A stretch of DNA of 64,000 nucleotides from an uncultured Acidobacteriota bacterium (GTDB lineage Bacteria; Acidobacteriota; Thermoanaerobaculia; Multivoradales; JAHEKO01): NCBI GenBank assembly GCA_963713825.1, contig CAVQNG010000025.1, forward strand, positions 672,001 to 736,000, given 5' to 3'. Made by a program: the position numbers and the translations under genes. The notes beneath the pieces were generated by a model. The model saw only the letters and a list, made by a program, of their open reading frames with translations. It was not told the DNA's origin and did no database searches. This document shows, in pieces, positions 56,911 to 64,000 of the stretch. Every line of letters begins with the position of its first letter. Position 1 is the first letter of the stretch.

Positions 56911-58359
56911 ATGTCAACCCCGAATACCAGAAGAGTCGTTATCGAGCCCCTCACACGGGTAGAGGGCCACGGCAAAGTCACCCTTCTCCTGGATGAGAAC
57001 AACCGCGTCGAACAGGCGCGACTCCATATCGTCGAGTTTCGCGGTTTCGAACGCTTCATTCAGGGCCGTCCCTTTTGGGAGCTGCCGGTCTTGGTGCAAC
57101 GACTTTGTGGCATCTGCCCGGTGAGCCACCACCTTTGCGCCGCCAAGGCGGTGGATGGGATTGTCGGGGCCGAAAAGCTGACCCCCACCGGGGAGAAGAT
57201 GCGTCGGCTCATGCACTACGGGCAGATGTACCAATCCCATGCCCTGCACTTCTTTTATCTGGCTTCTCCGGATCTGCTTTTCGGTTTCGATGCACCTGTC
57301 GAAAAGCGCAATGTCATCGGTGTCATCGCCGAGTATCCGGAGCTGGCGGTCCAGGGCGTCATGATGCGGAAGTTCGGTCAGGAGATCATCAAGGCGACTG
57401 CCGGCAAGAAGGTGCACGGTACAGGAGCGATTCCTGGTGGAATCAACAAGAACCTCTCGATCGAAGAGCGTGACGCCCTCCTGGCTGACATGGACAAGAT
57501 GCTGGAGTGGAGTCGAACGGCCGTCAAGATCGCCAAGGACTACACCCTGGAGAATCTGGATGAAGTTGCGGGCTTCGGGTCCTTCGATTCCAATCACCTG
57601 TCGATCGTCGGCCAGGATGGCGCCATGGATCTGTATGACGGCAATCTCAGAGCCATCGACTCGGCTGGAGAACCGATCATCGACCAGGTGGATCCACAGG
57701 ACTATCTGGATGTCATCGCCGAGGAGGTGCGTCCCTGGACCTACATGAAGTTTCCCTTCCTGAAGAGCGTGGGTCCTGAAGAGGGTTGGTATCGCGTGGG
57801 TCCGCTGGCTCGAATCAATACCTGCGACTTCATCGACACTCCCGAAGCGGACGCGGCCCGCCAGGACTTCCTTTCGCTCACCGATGGCAAGCCCAGCAAC
57901 GTGACCATGGCCTACCACTGGGCTCGCATGATCGAGGCCCTTCACTCGGCGGAGAAGATCCAACAACTGCTGCACGACGAAGACTTGCAGGGCGACGACC
58001 TGGTGGCCGACTCCGGAGAGCGGCGAGACGAGTATGTAGCCATTCTCGAGGCACCCAGGGGCACCCTCGTGCATCACTACAAGGTCGACGAAAACGACCA
58101 GGTGACCATGGCCAATCTGATCGTCTCGACGACCTGCAACAACGAGGCGATGAACCGCACGGTCCAGAAGATCGCTAGTGACGCCATTTCCGGCGTTCCC
58201 GAGATCACGGAAGGACTGCTGAACAACATCGAAGTGGGGATCCGGGCCTACGACCCCTGTCTGTCGTGCGCCACCCACGCTCTCGGGCAGATGCCCCTCG
58301 AGGTTACTTTGGTCGACCGGCAGGGCAGGATGCTCGACCGGCTGGCGAGGCCTGAATGA
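56911..58359 (+). CDS. hoxH: [NiFe] hydrogenase large subunit (group 3d)
   Basis: TRVEGH, L1 RLCGICPVSH, L2 DPCLSCATH with C-terminal extension. Confidence 0.96.
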   Translation: MSTPNTRRVVIEPLTRVEGHGKVTLLLDENNRVEQARLHIVEFRGFERFIQGRPFWELPVLVQRLCGICPVSHHLCAAKAVDGIVGAEKLTPTGEKMRRLMHYGQMYQSHALHFFYLASPDLLFGFDAPVEKRNVIGVIAEYPELAVQGVMMRKFGQEIIKATAGKKVHGTGAIPGGINKNLSIEERDALLADMDKMLEWSRTAVKIAKDYTLENLDEVAGFGSFDSNHLSIVGQDGAMDLYDGNLRAIDSAGEPIIDQVDPQDYLDVIAEEVRPWTYMKFPFLKSVGPEEGWYRVGPLARINTCDFIDTPEADAARQDFLSLTDGKPSNVTMAYHWARMIEALHSAEKIQQLLHDEDLQGDDLVADSGERRDEYVAILEAPRGTLVHHYKVDENDQVTMANLIVSTTCNNEAMNRTVQKIASDAISGVPEITEGLLNNIEVGIRAYDPCLSCATHALGQMPLEVTLVDRQGRMLDRLARPE

Positions 58360-58868
58360 CCGCTAAGGGAACTCTGGTCCTGGGTTGGGGAAATCCTGGT
58401 CGCCTCGATGACGGGATTGGCCCGGCCTTTGCGGCGAGCCTGAAGACGATGCACCTTCCCGGAGTCGAGGTCGACTCTGACTACCAGCTTCAGATCGAGG
58501 ACGCGTCCGAGATCGCTGCCTTCGAGCGAGTCGTGTTCGTCGATGCCGATCGCGGCGGCGCCGAGCCATTCTGGTTGCATCGCATCTACCCCTCCCCGAA
58601 GGCGGCGAGCGGTTCGAGCTTCACGACGCATAGCGTCTCGCCTGGCGCGGTACTGACGATGACTCACGAGCTGTTCGATGCCGAGCCAGAGGCCTGGTTG
58701 TTGGGGATTCGTGGCTACGAGTTCAGCGACTTCGGAGAAGAGCTTTCAGACAGAGCAAGAGAGAACCTGCAGCAAGCGTTGGAATTCGTCAGCTCGGCGC
58801 TGCTTGACGGCAGCCTTCATGAGGTAGAACCCCCTGTGGACCCGCCGGCGGACTCGCCGGGATTGTGA
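58356..58868 (+). CDS. hoxW: Hydrogenase maturation protease
   Basis: GWGNPGRLDDGIG, FVDA, TH; overlaps hoxH. Confidence 0.9.
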   Translation: MTAKGTLVLGWGNPGRLDDGIGPAFAASLKTMHLPGVEVDSDYQLQIEDASEIAAFERVVFVDADRGGAEPFWLHRIYPSPKAASGSSFTTHSVSPGAVLTMTHELFDAEPEAWLLGIRGYEFSDFGEELSDRARENLQQALEFVSSALLDGSLHEVEPPVDPPADSPGL

Positions 58869-58877
58869 GGACGAATC

Positions 58878-59258
58878 ATGCAAGACGGAAAGCACGTGAT
58901 TCTCTGCATCGACGACGACCCCGACATTCTTTCCTTCCTGGAGATCGTCCTCGAGTCGGAAGGTTACGTCTACGCTGGTGCCGCCAGTGCCGAAGAGGGC
59001 CTCAGGGAGTTCAAGCAGATCGATCCCGATCTCATCATCGTCGACCTGATGATGGAGGAGGTGGACGCAGGGACGGGCTTCGCCAAAGAGCTCAAGGTCC
59101 TCCAGAATCGGGCCCCTGTCTTCATGCTGAGCTCGGTGGGCGACAACCTGAACCTGACGACGGATACCGCGACCCTCGGCCTGGCCGGCGTCTTCCAGAA
59201 GCCCCTGGCGAAAGAGACACTCCTTTCAGTGCTGAAGGCGAAGCTGTCGGAAGATTGA
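58878..59258 (+). CDS. Single-domain response regulator at end of the hox operon
   Basis: IDDD, VDLMME, LSS, KP. Confidence 0.92.
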   Translation: MQDGKHVILCIDDDPDILSFLEIVLESEGYVYAGAASAEEGLREFKQIDPDLIIVDLMMEEVDAGTGFAKELKVLQNRAPVFMLSSVGDNLNLTTDTATLGLAGVFQKPLAKETLLSVLKAKLSED

Positions 59259-59289
59259 GAGCGTTCCAGCCCCGGGTTGCGCTGGGCCG

Positions 59290-61227
59290 CTAGAGGTCTA
59301 GAGGTCTCGAGGTCTCGAGGTCTTGAGGGGGCTTGTCCTGGCGGATGGGCAGCTCGATCGTTACGGTCGTTCCCTGGCCCTCTTCGCTCGACAGCTCGAG
59401 CGTACCGCCGTGCCTTTCGACCGTCTTCTTGACCAGGACGAGACCCAGTCCAGTCCCCTCGGCGGTGAGCTTCTTGGCGTTCGAAGCGCGGAAGAACTCA
59501 TGAAAGAGCTTGTCTTGCTCAACCGCGGGAATGCCAATGCCGGAATCGCTGACTCGGATCTGGACTCTGTCGGGGCCGTCTTGCCGAAAGTGGACCTCGA
59601 CCTCGCCGCCTTCGGGGGTGTACTTGATGGCGTTGGAAACCAGGTTCTCCATGACCTGTTCGAGCAAGTCGGCACCACTGTCCACGTCGGGAATGCCCTC
59701 CTCGACGGTCACCTCGAGACTAAGCCCCTGGCGGGCGGCTGCCTCGCGAAATGTTTGCTCTGTGTAGCTGGCCAGCTCGGTGAGGTCGACAACAACATCG
59801 GGAATCTCGCGGCTCCAGTCCCGTGTCTTGGCGATCGTCAATAGCTCGCCTATCGTCTGGTTCAGGGATCGCAGTCGGACCTCGATACGCTTCAGGTAGT
59901 CGGCTTGTTGGTCCGTCATCTCTCCGAGCAGGCCCTCTTCGAAGAGATCCAGCATCGTCAGGCCAGCGCCGAGTGGGGCGCGCAGGTTGTGCGCCACCTG
60001 CAGCATGAACTGTGTGCGCTCCTGCATCAGAGCCTCGATGGACTCATAGGCCCTGGCACCGTCGATGGCGATGGCCACGAGCTCGGCGGCCAGCTGGAGA
60101 TAGTCGGTATCACTGGCTTGGAAGTGATCGGGAGCCTGCGAATAGAAGCCCAGCGTTCCGATGACCCTGTCTTCGACCTTGAGGGGGGCCAGAACAGCCG
60201 ACCGGATGCCGAGGGCGCTGAGCTCCTGCCGCAGCTGCAATGTGTCGTCCTCGTCGATTCTCGCCTCTACAAGGGTCTCTCCATCGATGATCCGCTGATT
60301 CAAGGGACTCTGGTCCAGATGGACGACCTTCTCCTGGGTCAGCTCACTCGGCAGCCCGTGGGCAGCAACGTACCGCAGGGTCTTCCCGTCTTCGGACAGC
60401 AGCTTGACAGCCACCGCAGGAATCTCCATGACCTTGGCCAACTCCGAGGTCGCAGTGGCGAGGATAGGCTCGAGATGCCGCTCCCCTCCGATCGTCCGGA
60501 CAATGGCATAGAGGCTGTTGAGCTTCTCATTCAGATCGGCCATCTTTGTCGTAGCCACGGCGAGTTCTCGCACCCGCCTTCTCAGTCGGCCCATGATCCG
60601 GCTCACCATGACGACCACCAGGAAAAGGGTCGCAGCGAAGAAGAGCAACATGAGAACCGCGGAGACAGTGTTGCTGACGACCAGGGCTGGCTCGCCGTGA
60701 TAGACGATGTAGTAACTGGGATACCAGCCCGTCACGTCACCGACAAGCAGAATCCAGAGTCCTCCGACTGCCAGTCCCGCCAGGCCATAGGCCGTCCCTG
60801 GGGAGAACTGAATCGCGGCGATGATGACGTGAAAGACCAGGAAGAAGATCAGCGGGCTCGCCACGCCACCGGTGAAGTGGAGAAGCAGGAGCATGGCGGC
60901 ATAGTCGACGAGCACCTCGAGGACGGTGAAGACTCGATCCAGCTGAGGATCGGCCTGCAGCCGACTCTCATAGCGACTGAAGATCCAGGCGAAGACTGCG
61001 TTGTAGAGGGGGCTCGCGAGTGCGATCAGCAGGATCGGCACCACTTGGAACTCGAACCCCAGGGCCAGGCCCACCAGGACGCCCGCGACCATGAGAGGGG
61101 CGACGGCCCAGCGCATCTTGATCTGCCAGAAGCCCCGTCGGCCCCACAATTGAGGGAGGTTCTGGCGTCCCGGAATCAGCTCACGGGCGGCCAATTCGCT
61201 GGAAATGATCGGGTCGTCTCGCAGCAT
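59290..61227 (-). CDS. Membrane sensor histidine kinase with GAF domain
   Basis: About 6 TMs, GAF, H-box AHNLRAPL, NLVSNAIKY, DSGIG, GTGLGL. Confidence 0.92.
   Translation of the reverse strand: MLRDDPIISSELAARELIPGRQNLPQLWGRRGFWQIKMRWAVAPLMVAGVLVGLALGFEFQVVPILLIALASPLYNAVFAWIFSRYESRLQADPQLDRVFTVLEVLVDYAAMLLLLHFTGGVASPLIFFLVFHVIIAAIQFSPGTAYGLAGLAVGGLWILLVGDVTGWYPSYYIVYHGEPALVVSNTVSAVLMLLFFAATLFLVVVMVSRIMGRLRRRVRELAVATTKMADLNEKLNSLYAIVRTIGGERHLEPILATATSELAKVMEIPAVAVKLLSEDGKTLRYVAAHGLPSELTQEKVVHLDQSPLNQRIIDGETLVEARIDEDDTLQLRQELSALGIRSAVLAPLKVEDRVIGTLGFYSQAPDHFQASDTDYLQLAAELVAIAIDGARAYESIEALMQERTQFMLQVAHNLRAPLGAGLTMLDLFEEGLLGEMTDQQADYLKRIEVRLRSLNQTIGELLTIAKTRDWSREIPDVVVDLTELASYTEQTFREAAARQGLSLEVTVEEGIPDVDSGADLLEQVMENLVSNAIKYTPEGGEVEVHFRQDGPDRVQIRVSDSGIGIPAVEQDKLFHEFFRASNAKKLTAEGTGLGLVLVKKTVERHGGTLELSSEEGQGTTVTIELPIRQDKPPQDLETSRPLDL
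59291..59328. repeat. Octamer tandem repeat T(A/C/T)GAGGTC, about 4.7 copies
   Basis: TAGAGGTC TAGAGGTC TCGAGGTC TCGAGGTC TTGAGG over the kinase 3' end. Confidence 0.8.
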
Positions 61228-61334
61228 CTGGAGAGCGGCAGAAGAGAGGGGTGCTCGGCCAAGATCGATCGCTGTTCGATCTTCACAGGGATGCTAACAC
61301 GGGCCTGTGAAGCCGCTGGATCGGCAGGCTCAGG

Positions 61335-62714
61335 CTACTCGGTCGAGGGCTCGGCCTCGGCATGTCCTACCGGTGGGCTGGGAAGCGCCTCCCTGGCCTT
61401 CTGGAGCTTTCTATAGAGCGTGCGCTCGCTGACTCCGAGCCGCCGAGCCAGCGCCCGTTGGCTACCGCCAGTTCGGGACGCTGCCCATCCGATGTAAAGC
61501 GCCTCCACATCGCTCAAGGGCACCACATCTCCCTCGAAGCTCAGTCGTGGTCTCGAGACTTCTTTGCCTGTCAGGCAGGCACTGGGGAGATGTTCTGGCA
61601 GGATGATTTTTCCGTCTGCTGTCAGACAAGCGCGTTCCAGGATTTGGATCAACTCGCGGACATTTCCCGGAAAGTCGTAGGCTTGCAGCGCCTCGATTGT
61701 GCTGGGATCGACCTCAGGGCGGGGCTGTAGGAGCTCCAATCGGTGCAGCAGGCTGTCGACGAGAATCGGGATGTCGGTGATTCTGTCTCGCAGGGAGGGC
61801 ACCGCGATGGGGAATCCTCCGATCTGATGTCGTAGGTCGTCCCGAAAACGACCGGTCCTGGCGAGGTCGTCGAGGCTGTGCGTCGAGGAGCAGATGAGGC
61901 GGAACTCCGATCGCTGGGACTGGGTGGCTCCTTCGGGTATGTAGGAACCGGTCTCGAGCAGGCGGAGCAACTTCACTTGTGCGGCCGAGCTGAGAGTCTC
62001 CACCTCCTTGAGAAACAGTGTGCCGCCATCAACCGCTCCGACGAAACCGGTCCGGGATTCATCGGCTCCTGGAAAAGCTCCCTTGGTGTGGCCAAAGAGC
62101 TCGCGCTCGAACTGCCATTCGTGAAGGGCCGCACAGTCGACCGGAACAAAGACGCGGTGAGCGCGAGGACTGATCTCGTGAAGCGCCCTGGCGACGAGCT
62201 CCTTGCCGGTTCCCGCCTCCCCGAAGATGGCCACCGACTTCTCGGTCGGTCCGACGAGCTCCAGATCCTGCAGCATCCGATTGAACATCGGTGAGCGACC
62301 CACCAACCGATCTCGACTGGCCGTGGCGCTGGCGATCTTTAGCGGCTTCAAGACCTCGAGGAAGTTGTCGAGCTCGCCGGTCTCGTCGAAGAGCGGCCGC
62401 ATGACAATGGCAGTATGGACATCGCCCTCCGGGGTTCTGTGAACATGGACGGTGCGTGCCGGCTCTCCCGTTTCGAAGCTGCGCTGCAGGGGACAGAGCT
62501 CGGAGATGCCTTCGCAAGGCACATCGCGGCAGTGGGAGACCTCGAAACAAGGTCGGCCCTTCACATCGTGTCCATCGGAGAAGACCGAACGGAACTGCTC
62601 GTTGGTGGCGACGATCACTCGATCGCGACCGAGCAACATGGCGGCATCGGGCAGGGCCTCCAGTAGAGCCGCGAAGCGGCCGTTTCGGGGTGGGTGCGTG
62701 ACTTGCTCTTTCAT
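61335..62714 (-). CDS. PAS + sigma54-type AAA+ + HTH regulator with degenerate motifs
   Basis: PAS with CFEVSHCRDVPC......CP; GEAGTGKE; GAFPGA; FLKE; FPGNVREL; LARRLGVSERTLYRKL. Confidence 0.9.
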   Translation of the reverse strand: MKEQVTHPPRNGRFAALLEALPDAAMLLGRDRVIVATNEQFRSVFSDGHDVKGRPCFEVSHCRDVPCEGISELCPLQRSFETGEPARTVHVHRTPEGDVHTAIVMRPLFDETGELDNFLEVLKPLKIASATASRDRLVGRSPMFNRMLQDLELVGPTEKSVAIFGEAGTGKELVARALHEISPRAHRVFVPVDCAALHEWQFERELFGHTKGAFPGADESRTGFVGAVDGGTLFLKEVETLSSAAQVKLLRLLETGSYIPEGATQSQRSEFRLICSSTHSLDDLARTGRFRDDLRHQIGGFPIAVPSLRDRITDIPILVDSLLHRLELLQPRPEVDPSTIEALQAYDFPGNVRELIQILERACLTADGKIILPEHLPSACLTGKEVSRPRLSFEGDVVPLSDVEALYIGWAASRTGGSQRALARRLGVSERTLYRKLQKAREALPSPPVGHAEAEPSTE

Positions 62715-62870
62715 GCTGGGTTCCTCGCTGCCACTGGTGTCAGTCCCTGGTGGGAAGTCCCGACACCGAAGGCGTTTGTCGGAGTCTCCGGATTCTCGTC
62801 ATCACCTAGTCGTCGTGGGCGTTCCTGAGAGTTGCTGCCCAGCCTCCTCCCTCCTTCAGTTCGAAATTGC

Positions 62871-62886
62871 TACAAGCTTCGTGCCA
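62871..62886 (-). promoter_or_regulatory. Sigma54-like promoter (imperfect -12) facing the PAS regulator
   Basis: Minus strand TGGCAC-GAAGC-TTGTA. Confidence 0.4.
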
Positions 62887-63217
62887 AGCTCGGGCAGCCT
62901 CGAAATCTTCTCTCCCGAGTCGGATGGGTCGGACGCCGCAATAGGGAGAAGCCTCCCCGTCGCCAGGTTTCGAGAGCGGCCCGCGGGCATTTCGTCGAGT
63001 CCCCAACCCGGGACTGCAACCGGTGTCAGAGCGCCGGTGGATCCTCTGCCGGGGATGGCAGAAAAGGGCGCGGCTCGGGCAGCCAGGGCGTCTCTCTCGA
63101 ACGGGTCTGCCGACTCCGTCCAGCGCTCGAAGTCCTCGAAGAACGCTTTGATTCTTGGGTCTTGTCGGGAGTCCCTGTCCGGTTTTGCTGCCACCTGGCA
63201 GAGCCATCTGCCTGTTC

Positions 63218-63232
63218 TGGCACACCTATTGC
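63218..63232 (+). promoter_or_regulatory. Sigma54 -24/-12 promoter
   Basis: TGGCAC-ACCTA-TTGC with canonical spacing, intergenic and divergent from a sigma54-type regulator. Confidence 0.75.
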
Positions 63233-63328
63233 GCTATCTGCTGGAAACGCAAGGACAGGAGGCGTCCAAGCCTTCTAGAGCGCAGCGGGGCCCCGCGACG
63301 GCCTTGGTCATGGAGCTGGAGAAAGACC

Positions 63329-63511
63329 ATGACCGATCACATTCACCGCCAACCGGAAGCTGTCGTCCTGGGTCTGCAGCTGAACCGAGAGTCGATTGCA
63401 GCTGGTGACCAGCTGAAGGTGTGGTTTCGAGACCGAAGGGAGGTGGCATATCGATTTTATTGCGGTCGAGGGGGCGGAGAAACGAAGTCTTCACAGGCTA
63501 ACCATGATTAA
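63329..63511 (+). CDS. Possible 60-aa small protein
   Basis: ATG preceded by GGAGA, downstream of the sigma54 promoter; no recognisable motif. Confidence 0.3.
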   Translation: MTDHIHRQPEAVVLGLQLNRESIAAGDQLKVWFRDRREVAYRFYCGRGGGETKSSQANHD

Positions 63512-63538
63512 AGAAGAGACCTTCTATGGAGGATGGAA

Positions 63539-64000
63539 ATGAACCAGATGAGCCAGAAATCGTGCCTGATCCTCGGGCTCGCGCTGAGCGTCCTGCTGGC
63601 AATTGCTCCGGCGACCCTGGCCGAAAAGCCGGAGGATCCGGGAGGCAAGCCGCAGGATGAACCCGGTGGAAGCTCCGATTTTGCCGTTCTGTATGGCGAT
63701 CTCTACGTCCTGGAAAGGGATGGGAACGGCGTGCCGGTGACTCGCATCGTCACCTACGACGACCCCGAGTATTCAGAACCTGTCGACGTCGATTGCCTGC
63801 AACCGATCGCCGCAGACTGCTCGATGTTGAACCTGTGGGGAGAGATGCCGGGATTCGATGCCGAGCTCTACGACCCATGCGAGATCCACGTTGATGACCT
63901 GGAGTTGGCTCAGGAAGTCTCCTTTGGGCGCCAGAGCGTCGTGCGGACCGACCCTACGGTTATTGACAGCGCCTACTTCGAGGCCTTGAAAGTCCTCAAC
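63539..64000 (+). CDS. Secreted hypothetical protein, truncated by window end (not in the ORF track)
   Basis: GGAGG RBS; manual translation MNQMSQKSCLILGLALSVLLAIAPATLA-EKPEDPGG...YGDLYVLERDGNGVP... stays open to the end. Confidence 0.85.
   Translation, partial: MNQMSQKSCLILGLALSVLLAIAPATLAEKPEDPGGKPQDEPGGSSDFAVLYGDLYVLERDGNGVPVTRIVTYDDPEYSEPVDVDCLQPIAADCSMLNLWGEMPGFDAELYDPCEIHVDDLELAQEVSFGRQSVVRTDPTVIDSAYFEALKVLN

Noticed and set aside
56911-58359. Selenocysteine ([NiFeSe]) hydrogenase
   Set aside because: L1 and L2 motifs use ordinary Cys codons and there is no in-frame TGA.
62806-63225. 139-aa minus-strand ORF and overlapping ORFs in the divergent region
   Set aside because: No motifs, and they overlap the candidate sigma54 promoters; more likely regulatory DNA.
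1-64000. CRISPR arrays, rRNA, tRNA, IS elements, anti-phage systems
   Set aside because: No spaced direct repeats, RNA gene signatures, transposases or defence domains recognised by eye; tatD is in a housekeeping context.

Overview
GC-rich (roughly 60-65% by eye), densely coding bacterial chromosome segment. Gene content suggests Acidobacteriota or a similar environmental lineage (inference only). It is mostly core and metabolic genes: nadA (3' end), lipA, recN, tsaC, coaD, adenosine deaminase, a leuB-like dehydrogenase, xerD, a 2-oxoacid:ferredoxin oxidoreductase, a fused E1 alpha/beta dehydrogenase, an RND efflux operon, an M16 peptidase pair, mobA-fdhD-tatD, and a hoxFUYHW NAD-coupled [NiFe] hydrogenase with adjacent signalling genes. 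I saw no rRNA, tRNA, CRISPR array, transposase or prophage. The most interesting items are: (1) a sigma54 enhancer-binding protein fused to a degenerate GGDEF domain that keeps the c-di-GMP I-site, with a GAF domain, two HTH-like segments and an NtrC-like palindrome upstream; (2) an orphan, divergent BoxB-like diiron enzyme between a GNAT and a proline dehydrogenase; (3) a second, degenerate sigma54-type activator with a Cys/His-rich PAS domain beside the hydrogenase, with divergent sigma54-like promoters and an unannotated secreted protein; (4) a perfect 23-bp intergenic inverted repeat; (5) ECF-type promoters that may link an ECF/anti-sigma/PDZ operon to the RND pump. All family calls come from motif recognition; no database search was run.
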